This document shows, piece by piece, positions 8,483 to 16,954 of a DNA stretch of 64,000 bases. This DNA is from Bacteroidota bacterium (lineage in GTDB: Bacteria; Bacteroidota; Ignavibacteria; Tepidaquicellales; Tepidaquicellaceae), in assembly GCA_018266875.1 (NCBI GenBank), contig JAFDZR010000018.1, positions 17,916 to 81,915 on the forward strand, given 5' to 3'. The translations under genes and the position numbers were made by a program. How positions within the stretch are numbered: the first letter of the stretch is position 1; each line of letters begins with the position of its first letter. The notes beneath the pieces were generated by a model. That model was not told the DNA's origin. It saw only the letters and a program-made list of their open reading frames with translations, and ran no database searches.

Positions 8483-10015
8483 GTGATTAAATTCTCAGGC
8501 GCCGAATCAAAAAATGAACACGATGCAGACAGCGGCACAGGCAATAAGCAGCTGAACAGTAACGACGACACTTCCGGTACTGAAATTTTATGGAAAAAAT
8601 TTCTGGAACTTCTCTCCGATAATCTGAAAGCAGTTGAGATAAACACCTGGTTCTCTGTTATTATACCGAAAAGTTACAAAGATAATATTCTCACCATTTC
8701 CGTTCCGAGTGAAGATTATTACAGTCTGATAGAAAGCAGATACAATAAAATAATTTCTTCCATTACCGAAACCCTTCTTGGTCCGGAAGGAAAATTAAAA
8801 TATGAGATTTCTCAGTACGGATTATTCGGCGACAGCATCGAAGGCGATGCCGAAAATGAAAATGCCGTTATTCATGAAGACAAAGAAAAAAGATCAGCTT
8901 TCCGGGATATAAATTTAAACAAGTCTGAATCAGGCACCGATCCCTACAATAATTTTTCCTGCAACCTTAACCAGAAACATTTATTTGAAAACTTCATCAA
9001 AGGTGAAAGCAACGAACTTGCCGTAGCCGCGGCATATGCAATTTCAAATAATCCGGGCAAGACATACAATCCTTTTTTCGTTTACGGAGGCGTTGGTCTC
9101 GGAAAGACTCATCTGATTCAGGCAATAGGAAATGAGATCATTAAAAAAAATCCGGACATGAAAGTTTATTATACCACCGCGCCGGATTTTACAACTCAGT
9201 TTACAAACAATATTGCTCAGAACAGGATTGACTTTTCTTCCAACAGAAACGGCACAAAGAAACTCGATTCCTTTTATAAATCCCTTGACGTGCTTATACT
9301 TGACGACATTCAATATCTCAGCGGAAAAGAAAAAACTCAGGATTTTATGTACCAGATCTTCAATACCCTGTATAACGAAAAGAAGCATATTATATTTTCC
9401 AGCGATAAACCCATCAGCCAGATAAAAGGCGTTGAGGAAAGGCTGACTTCAAGATTTCAGTGGGGCATCACTGCAGACATTCAGGCGCCCAACTGGGAAA
9501 TGCGAGTTGCAATTATTCAGAAGAAGTTATTCGAGGCAGGTATAGAAGCTCCCGAAGACGTTGTTCATTTCATCGCCTCAAATGTCAAAGACAGTATAAG
9601 GACAATTGAGGGCTGTATTGTCGGGATTATTGCCGACAGCGTGCTGAGATACAAAGGCGAGATAAATATGGAAATTGCCGAAAACGTTATTGGAAGAGTT
9701 GTGGGAAATATTAAAAGAGCAAAAAATATTTCAATTGAAAATATCATTTATACCGTTGCAGGCTATTATAAAATTTCAGAAAACCAGATCCTCTCACGCA
9801 AACGCACAAAAGAAATTGCTTTCGCAAGACAGGTTGCAATGCATCTTGCAAAGGAACTCACACCGCTTACTCTCGAATCCATAGGACTGAACTTCGGCGG
9901 CAAAGACCATGCAACTGTTCTCTATGCAAATAATATTGTCTCAAATCTCATCAAGAAAGACAAGGACATACTGAATCAGATACTGGAAATAAAAGACCTG
10001 CTGAAAAATCTGTAA
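8483..10015 (+). CDS. dnaA: Chromosomal replication initiator protein DnaA
   Basis: 510 aa with a GTG start in the ORF track. AAA+ Walker A GGVGLGKTHL, Walker B VLILDDIQ, sensor/box VII region, C-terminal DnaA-box-binding HTH (KRTKEIAFARQVAMHLAKELT...GGKDHATV). The exact start is uncertain because the N-terminal extension is unusual. Confidence 0.95.
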   Translation: MIKFSGAESKNEHDADSGTGNKQLNSNDDTSGTEILWKKFLELLSDNLKAVEINTWFSVIIPKSYKDNILTISVPSEDYYSLIESRYNKIISSITETLLGPEGKLKYEISQYGLFGDSIEGDAENENAVIHEDKEKRSAFRDINLNKSESGTDPYNNFSCNLNQKHLFENFIKGESNELAVAAAYAISNNPGKTYNPFFVYGGVGLGKTHLIQAIGNEIIKKNPDMKVYYTTAPDFTTQFTNNIAQNRIDFSSNRNGTKKLDSFYKSLDVLILDDIQYLSGKEKTQDFMYQIFNTLYNEKKHIIFSSDKPISQIKGVEERLTSRFQWGITADIQAPNWEMRVAIIQKKLFEAGIEAPEDVVHFIASNVKDSIRTIEGCIVGIIADSVLRYKGEINMEIAENVIGRVVGNIKRAKNISIENIIYTVAGYYKISENQILSRKRTKEIAFARQVAMHLAKELTPLTLESIGLNFGGKDHATVLYANNIVSNLIKKDKDILNQILEIKDLLKNL

Positions 10016-10329
10016 CCGGCCGGACCTGTATTTTTACATTCCTTTGATTTAATCACCTGATAATTCAACGATCTCATTCTGTTTAAAATTCTGTTGCCTG
10101 TTTTACATTGTCAGTATCTTATTCATATCTTATTAAGAAACTGTAACTGCTGACAATTTAAATTTTTATTTCCCGTTACTCTGTCTGTAATTGTTAGTTT
10201 TTTTTATTTAAGCTATTTTTATTAACAAGTTGTCAGACGGTTTATTGCCTGATATGCTGAATAAATTTGATTACTGACAATACTAACACCTCTGCTACTG
10301 CTACTAATTTTTTATATATATAATTAATA
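10016..10329. promoter_or_regulatory. dnaA-recN spacer with four copies of a TTGTCAG motif (possible second origin module or operator set)
   Basis: ATTGTCAGTA at 10107-10116 (+). GCTGACAATT at 10149-10158 (reverse-complement orientation). AGTTGTCAGAC at 10228-10238 (+). TACTGACAAT at 10272-10281 (reverse-complement orientation). An AT-rich tail precedes the recN start. Confidence 0.4.
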
Positions 10330-12045
10330 ATGATAGAGAAGCTTTATATTAAGAACTATCTGATTATAAAAGAAGCTGAAATTGATTTTATAAAAGGGCT
10401 TAATATTCTTACCGGAGAGACAGGAGCCGGAAAATCTATAATCCTTGACGCGCTTTCACTTTTGCTGGGAGAAAGAGCTGATCACTCCAAGATTAAAAAA
10501 GGAGATGATAAGCTGATAGTGGAAGGTCATTTTAATTTTGATAAAAATAAAAACGCAGCAGAGCTTATAAGTGAAATGTTCCCTGATGAAGAATTTTCAG
10601 GGCAGCTGATAGTAAGAAGGGAAATAAATAACAAAGGCATAAACAGAAGCTTCATAAACGATACTCCGGTGTCCATAGCGGACATGAAAAGACTCGGGGA
10701 CGCCGTCATAGACATTCACTCTCAGAATGAGCACCAGTCGCTTCTTAATAAGGAAACCCATATTAAGATACTTGATAATTATGTTTCCGAGGAAAGTATT
10801 TTCAGGGAATATGAAAACAGTTTTAATGGTCTGAAAGGGCTTATAAATGAATTTGATGAATTTGTTATGAAGAAAGAAGATCTGATGAGCAGAAAGAAAT
10901 TTCTTGATCATGAACTTAAAGAGATAAATAATGTGAACATACAGCCGGGAGAGGATGAGGAAATAGAAACCGAACTTGATAAGATGGAAAATGCTGAGGA
11001 AATATCCGCAGCGTTGAGCAGTTCGGTTGACGGACTTTATGAAAATGAAAACAGTGCACTTATTATAATAAACGCTGCAATAAAGGAGCTGAGGAAAATT
11101 TCAGGTTATGATAAAAACATTGAAAAGCTGATTGAGGATCTGGAAAGTTCTTATGTCCTGGTAAAGGAAACATCATCTTCTCTTTCCGGGATGAAGGATG
11201 ATATTAATTTTGATCCGATGAGAATTGAACAGTTAAGAACGAGACTTCTTGCAATTAATCAGTTGAAAAGAAAATACGGTTTGGATACCGAAGGACTTAT
11301 ACTGAAAGCGGAAGAAATTACCAGGGATCTGACATTCGCTGAAAATTTTGATTACGAGATAGAAAAGCTGGATAAGAAGATATCAGAGAATAAAGCGGAC
11401 CTGTTCAGACTTGCGGAAAAAATTTCATCATTAAGGATAATAAAGGCTAAGGATCTTGAAAAAAATATTAACAAACTCTTAAAAGAAGTGGGACTGGAAT
11501 CTGCGGAATTCAAAGCGGACATCAGTCAGGTATCTGCCGGTCAGGAAAATTCATTTTCCGTTAAAAAAGGAAAGGATTACATTCAGCTTACTGCTGACGG
11601 AATTGATGAAATTGAATTTCTTATAAAGACAAACAAGGGAATGGATTTTGCGCCTCTGAGGAAATCAGCATCCGGCGGCGAGATCTCAAGAATAATGCTT
11701 GCAATAAAAACAGTTCTTTCCGAAAATGACAATATAGGAATCCTGGTCTTTGACGAAATTGACGCAGGGATAAGTGGCAGAATAGCGCAGAAAGTCGGCG
11801 TAACTCTGAAAAAACTCGCTTCATCTCATCAGATAATCTGCATTACGCACCTTCCTCAGATAGCCGCGCTCAGCGACAGACATTTCAATGTCAGTAAAAG
11901 TGATGTAAACAATGAAACTTCAGCTTTGATAAGCATTCTTGACGAAAAAGACAAGATAAATGAAGTGGCAAAACTCATGAGCGGCGAAAATATCACAGAA
12001 TCCTCTAAAAAAAGCGCAAAAGAGCTCATTACCGGTTTAAAATAA
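10330..12045 (+). CDS. recN: DNA repair protein RecN
   Basis: 571 aa. SMC-like N-terminal Walker A (LTGETGAGKSI), long coiled coil, C-terminal signature SGGEISR and Walker B ILVFDEIDAG. Confidence 0.93.
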   Translation: MIEKLYIKNYLIIKEAEIDFIKGLNILTGETGAGKSIILDALSLLLGERADHSKIKKGDDKLIVEGHFNFDKNKNAAELISEMFPDEEFSGQLIVRREINNKGINRSFINDTPVSIADMKRLGDAVIDIHSQNEHQSLLNKETHIKILDNYVSEESIFREYENSFNGLKGLINEFDEFVMKKEDLMSRKKFLDHELKEINNVNIQPGEDEEIETELDKMENAEEISAALSSSVDGLYENENSALIIINAAIKELRKISGYDKNIEKLIEDLESSYVLVKETSSSLSGMKDDINFDPMRIEQLRTRLLAINQLKRKYGLDTEGLILKAEEITRDLTFAENFDYEIEKLDKKISENKADLFRLAEKISSLRIIKAKDLEKNINKLLKEVGLESAEFKADISQVSAGQENSFSVKKGKDYIQLTADGIDEIEFLIKTNKGMDFAPLRKSASGGEISRIMLAIKTVLSENDNIGILVFDEIDAGISGRIAQKVGVTLKKLASSHQIICITHLPQIAALSDRHFNVSKSDVNNETSALISILDEKDKINEVAKLMSGENITESSKKSAKELITGLK

Positions 12046-12049
12046 AAAA

Positions 12050-12078
12050 CCTTCACATAAAAAAATCTTATGTGAAGG
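12050..12078. terminator. Stem-loop between convergent recN and lplA
   Basis: 11-bp perfect stem CCTTCACATAA (12050-12060) / TTATGTGAAGG (12068-12078) with a 7-nt loop. The U-tract is on the minus-strand side (A-run 12044-12049 on the plus strand), so it is best oriented for lplA, but it sits 5 bp after the recN stop. Confidence 0.65.
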
Positions 12079-12197
12079 TCAATTAAAGGAAGAACAAATA
12101 TGAAAGAACGTAGCTTGCTGGCGCAAGCAATATCGTATAACACAATCCTTTATTAAAAGTTTCAGCCGGTTTAAAAAAAATAAAAATATTTTTCTGC

Positions 12198-13193
12198 TCA
12201 GACTTCCGTCAGAAATCCCGCAAATTCATCCTGACTTATTCTGCCGAGATAATGATCCAGATCCATCCCTTCAAGAGATTCTTTAATGCTTGTAATTTCA
12301 TATTTAGAGCCGATGATTTTCAGTTCAATATCTGACAGCTCTCCGTGTCCGAGAAAGTCACCGAATATTTTGAAGTCTGAAATTATTCCGTCTTTGACAT
12401 GGATTCTCGCATCTATCTGACCGAAATCAAATCTCTTCTTTTTCTGAATATTGAATTCCGGAGATCTTCCGTAATTCCATTCCCATGACCTGTATTTGTT
12501 TCCGGAAAGTTTTTCAACTCCTTCAAGGTCTTTTTCGGTAAGTTTATAATATTCTGCTTTATCAGAGCTTCCGAAAATTGATTCAATTATTATATCCTTA
12601 AATCCGTAAACATTCATTTTACCTTTCAGAAATTCGGAGATGTTGGCAACTCTGCTTCTTACTGATTTTATACCTTTGCTTTCTATCTTATCGGTCTGAA
12701 CGTTCAGAGCTTTCACAACATTTTCAAGATTAGAATCAAACAGGAGGGTTCCGTGACTGAACATTGATCTGGTGTCGGTAAACTGGGCGTTTCCCGAAAT
12801 TTTTCTTTCATTAACCGTAATATCATTTCTGCCGTTCAGCTCCGCGTTTATTCCCAGTTCCTGAAGGACTTTTATAACGGGGTCTGTGAAGAGTTTAAAA
12901 TTATGAATACTCTGATTAGAATGTTTTGTCATGAAGCTGAAGTTAAGATTGCCTTCGTCGTGATAAACTGCTCCGCCGCCGGATATTCTTCTCACTACAT
13001 GCACGCCGTTACTTTTAACATAATCAGAGTTGATCTCTTCAATTGTATTCTGATGTTTTCCGATTATTACCGAAGGTTTGTTTATGTAGAAAAGAAGATA
13101 ATCATTTTCCATGTCAAGATTTCTCACGCAGTATTCTTCCAGCGCGAGATTTACAGTCGGATCGGTAATGTTTCTATTGTCAATTAAAAGCAT
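12198..13193 (-). CDS. lplA: Lipoate--protein ligase A
   Basis: Motifs RRISGGGAVYHDEGNLNFSF and GNAQ. I prefer the ATG at 13193 (MLLIDNRNITDPTVNLALEEY, the canonical LplA N-terminus) over the ORF-track start at 13259, which would overlap the neighbouring gene. Confidence 0.9.
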   Translation of the reverse strand: MLLIDNRNITDPTVNLALEEYCVRNLDMENDYLLFYINKPSVIIGKHQNTIEEINSDYVKSNGVHVVRRISGGGAVYHDEGNLNFSFMTKHSNQSIHNFKLFTDPVIKVLQELGINAELNGRNDITVNERKISGNAQFTDTRSMFSHGTLLFDSNLENVVKALNVQTDKIESKGIKSVRSRVANISEFLKGKMNVYGFKDIIIESIFGSSDKAEYYKLTEKDLEGVEKLSGNKYRSWEWNYGRSPEFNIQKKKRFDFGQIDARIHVKDGIISDFKIFGDFLGHGELSDIELKIIGSKYEITSIKESLEGMDLDHYLGRISQDEFAGFLTEV

Positions 13194-13209
13194 TTTAAAT
13201 TGATGTTTT

Positions 13210-13656
13210 TTATTTGGAAATATTATTCGGATTGAGCATCTTTTCCCTGCATTCTGCATCCCATGCCTGAATTTCCTGATTGGTAACCCTGTTCATTTCC
13301 TTTTCGCTGTATTTGGTCTTTATTTTTTCAAGCATACATTTACAGAATGTCTTCATGTTTTCCTGCTTTGACATATCGTCTTTTACCTGAGGTTTGTATT
13401 TCCCGTAACAGTTCTTAACGAATACGGAATCCATCTCTGCGGACCATTCGTGAAAATGCGGGTCTTCAGCATTTTTATCGTTGAAGTACACAAATATAAT
13501 AACAGCGGCTATTATCCCGGCGATTAAATAAATCCAGAGCCGTTCTTTTTTGGGAGTATTTTTTTCTTTCAAGTTTAATGTTTGTTTTTTCAATATTATA
13601 ATAATGAAATGATTTTTAAATACATATTCTTTACTCTTTAAACACTTTTTAAACAC
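13210..13656 (-). CDS. Small single-pass membrane protein, hypothetical
   Basis: ORF with one TM helix (LWIYLIAGIIAAVIIFVYF) and a Cys-containing C-terminal domain. The GTG start at 13656 lies inside an 11-bp tandem repeat, so the real start is probably downstream (TTG at 13593 or 13572). Confidence 0.55.
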   Translation of the reverse strand: MFKKCLKSKEYVFKNHFIIIILKKQTLNLKEKNTPKKERLWIYLIAGIIAAVIIFVYFNDKNAEDPHFHEWSAEMDSVFVKNCYGKYKPQVKDDMSKQENMKTFCKCMLEKIKTKYSEKEMNRVTNQEIQAWDAECREKMLNPNNISK

Positions 13657-13679
13657 TTTTTAAACACTCTTTAAACCGA
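13636..13679. repeat. 11-bp tandem repeat x4 (TTTAAACACTN)
   Basis: TAAACACT recurs at 13639, 13650 and 13661, and degenerate TAAACC at 13672, an exact 11-bp period. It lies in the divergent promoter region between the 13210 (-) and 13814 (+) genes. Confidence 0.85.
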
Positions 13680-13813
13680 TACGGAAAACAATTTTAATTA
13701 TAAAAAATAAATTACCGAAGTCATCTGCAGCATTTATATAAAATCACAATGATTTAAATTCTTCCTTTTTACTTTAGTTGAATTTTTGTTATTTGTTAAA
13801 ATTAAAAAATTAT

Positions 13814-14275
13814 ATGATATCAGAATTCAGAAACCTTAACAGGGAGGAAATAGAGCTTATGCTGGATGCACCGGCTCTTGTAACTCTGCTTATAGCGGGA
13901 GCTGACGGCAATATAGAACAGAAGCAGATCGACTGGGGATCCAAGATAACGCACTTCAGGGCAAAAGACGAAGATTCAATTATGCAGTCTTATTACGCTG
14001 AAGTAGAAAAAACCTTTGACGACACGCTTGCGCAGTATATCTCCGCATTCCCGACCGACATAGAAGAACGAGCAGGCATTATAAACAAAGAACTTTCAAA
14101 GATAAACGATATACTTCCAAAGCTCAGCAGGGAATTTGCAAAAGAATTCTATGAAGATATGAGAACACTTTCAAAGCAGATAGCAAAAGCTACCGGAGGG
14201 ATCTGGGGATACGGATCGATCAGCGCGGCTGAGCAGAAATATCTTGATCTTGAGATCATTAATCCTGTAGAATAA
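13814..14275 (+). CDS. Hypothetical protein (153 aa)
   Basis: I prefer the ATG at 13814 (MISEFRNLNREEIELMLDAPALV...) over the TTG at 13778. It looks helical and soluble. LLIAGADGNIEQKQID is faintly TerB-like, but I do not consider the family established. Confidence 0.6.
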   Translation: MISEFRNLNREEIELMLDAPALVTLLIAGADGNIEQKQIDWGSKITHFRAKDEDSIMQSYYAEVEKTFDDTLAQYISAFPTDIEERAGIINKELSKINDILPKLSREFAKEFYEDMRTLSKQIAKATGGIWGYGSISAAEQKYLDLEIINPVE

Positions 14276-14450
14276 AACCGGGACATGTCTTCTGAAACTG
14301 TCTGCTTCTTTCCTTACTTACCGTTCGTTTTCCTTAACGACGCAGAATATTTAAAATTATAAATCCGGTTGCCCGGTCCCGGGGATGTGTGTCAGATTAT
14401 ATTCTCCGGACTGTGCAGTCCAATACGGTTTCCGGTATTTTTTCCCCATT

Positions 14451-14495
14451 TAAACTAATTAAACTAATTAAACTAATTAAACTAATTAAACTAAA
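14451..14495. repeat. 9-bp tandem repeat x5 (TAAACTAAT)
   Basis: Perfect copies start at 14451, 14460, 14469 and 14478, with a degenerate fifth at 14487. It lies about 95 bp upstream of the multiheme cytochrome gene. Confidence 0.9.
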
Positions 14496-14589
14496 AACCG
14501 CCGGCACATTAATTTGTTATTTGTAACTCCTGAAAAAAATAAAGATATTATTATACTTAACTCAATAAACATTACAGCATCGGAATTCT

Positions 14590-16713
14590 TTGAAAGTAAA
14601 ATTAAAATATATTTACATACTGCTGTCGGCGGTTTTATTAGCTGCGCTTTCTTACTTCGTCTTCATCAGAAAAAGCGATCCGGATTCCGAAAGAGACAAA
14701 ATCCTTTCATCTCTTCATGAAAAGTATTATTACCTGAATCTATACGGAGACGTAAAATATACAGGAACTGCAAAATGCGTTTCCTGTCATTCCGACATAA
14801 GCGAATCTTATCACCATACTGGAATGGGGAGCTCGCTGTACAAGCCTGACTCCGGAAATGAAATAGAGGATTATTCAAAAGACTTTACGGTTTATGATCC
14901 AAAAAACGACATGTACTATGAAGCCTACAGAAAAAACGGGATTTATTTTCAGAAGGAATACAGAAAAGACAAGGCTGGGAACATCATTCACAGTCTTGAA
15001 AAGAAAACGGATTACATCATAGGTTCGGGTAATAATACTCGCAGTTATCTTTATCAGGAAAACGGTTTCATGTATGAAATGCCTTTGTCATGGTTTACAG
15101 AAAAAGCAAAGTGGGACCTGAGTCCCGGATATCAGAGACTCAATCTGCGTTTCAAGCGGGAGATAAATCAGGAGTGCATGAACTGTCACAATTCATATTC
15201 CGGATTTTTTGAATATTCCGAAAATAAATTTCAGATGCCGCTTCCCGAAGGCATCAGCTGCGAAAGATGTCACGGTCCGGGAGAACTTCATGTAAGAAGA
15301 TTTACAGATAAGGGGAATTTCTTTGAAGCGATCGAAAGCGATACAATTGACAGGACAATAGTAAATCCGGTAAACCTTCCGCTTGAAGAAAAACTTTCTG
15401 TCTGCTTTCAGTGTCATCTGCAGGGAGACGTTAGGGTTTTTGCTGACGGGAAAAAACAGTCGGATTTCAGACCCGGGATGAAGCTTAGCGAAGTTAAGTC
15501 TGTGTTCGTGCAGGACAATTATGAAAAAGGCGATTTCAAGATAGCATCTCATGCGGCGCGGATGTTTCTCAGCGATTGTTTTGTAAAATCAAACGGCGGC
15601 ATGACCTGTCTTACTTGTCACGATCCGCATGTCACCGTAAAAAATTCCACAAAGGAATTCTTCAACGGCAAATGTCTGGGATGTCATGACCGCAATTCGC
15701 TTTCACCGTCAAAGGCAGGCGTTGATCACGGAAGCGGAGGTAACTGCATTAACTGTCATATGCACCAGGGAAATACTTCCGACATTCTTCATGTCAATTT
15801 CACTGATCACTGGATAAGAAAACGCACCGGAGATACTGGATCAGGAAATTCAGGCGACGCAAATGATTCAGAACAGAAGGACAAGAATTCAACTCCGGTC
15901 ACATTAAAATATTTTGATTTCACGAATGACGGAAATTCCGGTCTGAATCTCGGCATTGCATATGTAATGTATTATGAGACCAAGCATCCGCATCCCGAAT
16001 ATTTAAAAAGAGCTTTTCCTCTTCTGGAGGAAGGAATGAAGAAATTTCCCGGAAATAAGACAGCTCAGTATTATCTTGGAACTGCTTATTATCTGGACGG
16101 CAGAATTCCCGAAGCCGTTAAAGTTCTGGAAAAACTTGTCAGCTCCGATACCGGTAACGCCGAAGCTTTCACCAGGCTCGGAAGCGCTTATGAAAAATCC
16201 GGAGATCTTCAGAAAGCTGCCGATTCCTATGAAAAGTCCCTGAAGATATTTCCGGAGAATGTAAAAGTCCTGAATCTGCTTGGAAATATTTATTACAGAA
16301 CAGGAAAAATAAACGAAGCTGCGGAAACATATAAAAAAGGAATTAGGATAATTCAGGACAATACTGCGATTCTGACAAATCTTGGCGACATAAGTCTGTA
16401 CCAGCTCAAAACACCCGACGCTGCATTCAATTATCTGAACAAAGCGCTTGAATACGATCCCGATAAAAAGGAAACAATCAACTCACTCGGGAATGCATAT
16501 CTGATAACGGGCAATAAAGCTCAGGCGGAAAAATTATTTAACCGTGTTCTCAGTATGGATCCCGGAAACATTCCCGCAATGGGAAACCTTGCCGTTATTT
16601 ATGAAGACAACGGTAATGAGAATGAATCCCGGAAAATGCTTTTGAGAATTCTGGAGAATGTTCCGAATGACAGGAGGGCGAAAGAAATGCTCGCCAGACT
16701 GAATTCAAAGTAA
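14590..16713 (+). CDS. Heptaheme c-type cytochrome fused to a C-terminal TPR-repeat domain
   Basis: 707 aa with a TTG start and an N-terminal signal anchor (YIYILLSAVLLAALSYFVF). Seven CxxCH motifs: CVSCH, CMNCH, CERCH, CFQCH, CLTCH, CLGCH, CINCH. The C-terminal ~270 aa has clear TPR repeats (AEAFTRLGSAYEKSGDLQKAADSYEKSLKIFPEN...). Confidence 0.88.
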   Translation: MKVKLKYIYILLSAVLLAALSYFVFIRKSDPDSERDKILSSLHEKYYYLNLYGDVKYTGTAKCVSCHSDISESYHHTGMGSSLYKPDSGNEIEDYSKDFTVYDPKNDMYYEAYRKNGIYFQKEYRKDKAGNIIHSLEKKTDYIIGSGNNTRSYLYQENGFMYEMPLSWFTEKAKWDLSPGYQRLNLRFKREINQECMNCHNSYSGFFEYSENKFQMPLPEGISCERCHGPGELHVRRFTDKGNFFEAIESDTIDRTIVNPVNLPLEEKLSVCFQCHLQGDVRVFADGKKQSDFRPGMKLSEVKSVFVQDNYEKGDFKIASHAARMFLSDCFVKSNGGMTCLTCHDPHVTVKNSTKEFFNGKCLGCHDRNSLSPSKAGVDHGSGGNCINCHMHQGNTSDILHVNFTDHWIRKRTGDTGSGNSGDANDSEQKDKNSTPVTLKYFDFTNDGNSGLNLGIAYVMYYETKHPHPEYLKRAFPLLEEGMKKFPGNKTAQYYLGTAYYLDGRIPEAVKVLEKLVSSDTGNAEAFTRLGSAYEKSGDLQKAADSYEKSLKIFPENVKVLNLLGNIYYRTGKINEAAETYKKGIRIIQDNTAILTNLGDISLYQLKTPDAAFNYLNKALEYDPDKKETINSLGNAYLITGNKAQAEKLFNRVLSMDPGNIPAMGNLAVIYEDNGNENESRKMLLRILENVPNDRRAKEMLARLNSK

Positions 16714-16899
16714 GTTTTTTTATTCCCGCAAAGTCCTGTTCTTTTTTAATTTCCCCAAAACCTCAATATAAATCTTTATCCGTTCCTGCAGAGCCCGGTA
16801 TTTTTCTGACTCTGCTGAATGCTTCAAAATTAACTTCTTGGGTTGTAATAGTTTTTCAGTCGGTTAAATAGAATTTGTTAAAGATCCCGGTGTAAAAAA

Positions 16900-16926
16900 A
16901 GCCGGATCGATCTTGTCAATCCGGCT
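16900..16926 (-). terminator. Rho-independent terminator of the 16955-18319 gene
   Basis: Stem AGCCGGAT (16900-16907) / ATCCGGCT (16919-16926). On the minus strand it is followed by a TTTTTTT run (plus-strand A-run 16893-16899). Confidence 0.7.
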
Positions 16927-16954
16927 CTGAATAATTTTATCAGAAAATTATTTC

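Noticed and set aside
12090-12135. Tiny ORF (MKERSLLAQAISYNTILY) and GCTTGC/GCAAGC hairpin in the recN-lplA spacer as a small gene or sRNA
   Set aside because: 18 codons, a 6-bp stem and no conservation information. It cannot be distinguished from chance.
12198-13259. Long form of LplA starting at 13259
   Set aside because: The extra 22 residues (MQNAGKRCSIRIIFPNKKHQFK) are not LplA-like and would overlap the neighbouring ORF. The ATG at 13193 gives the canonical N-terminus.
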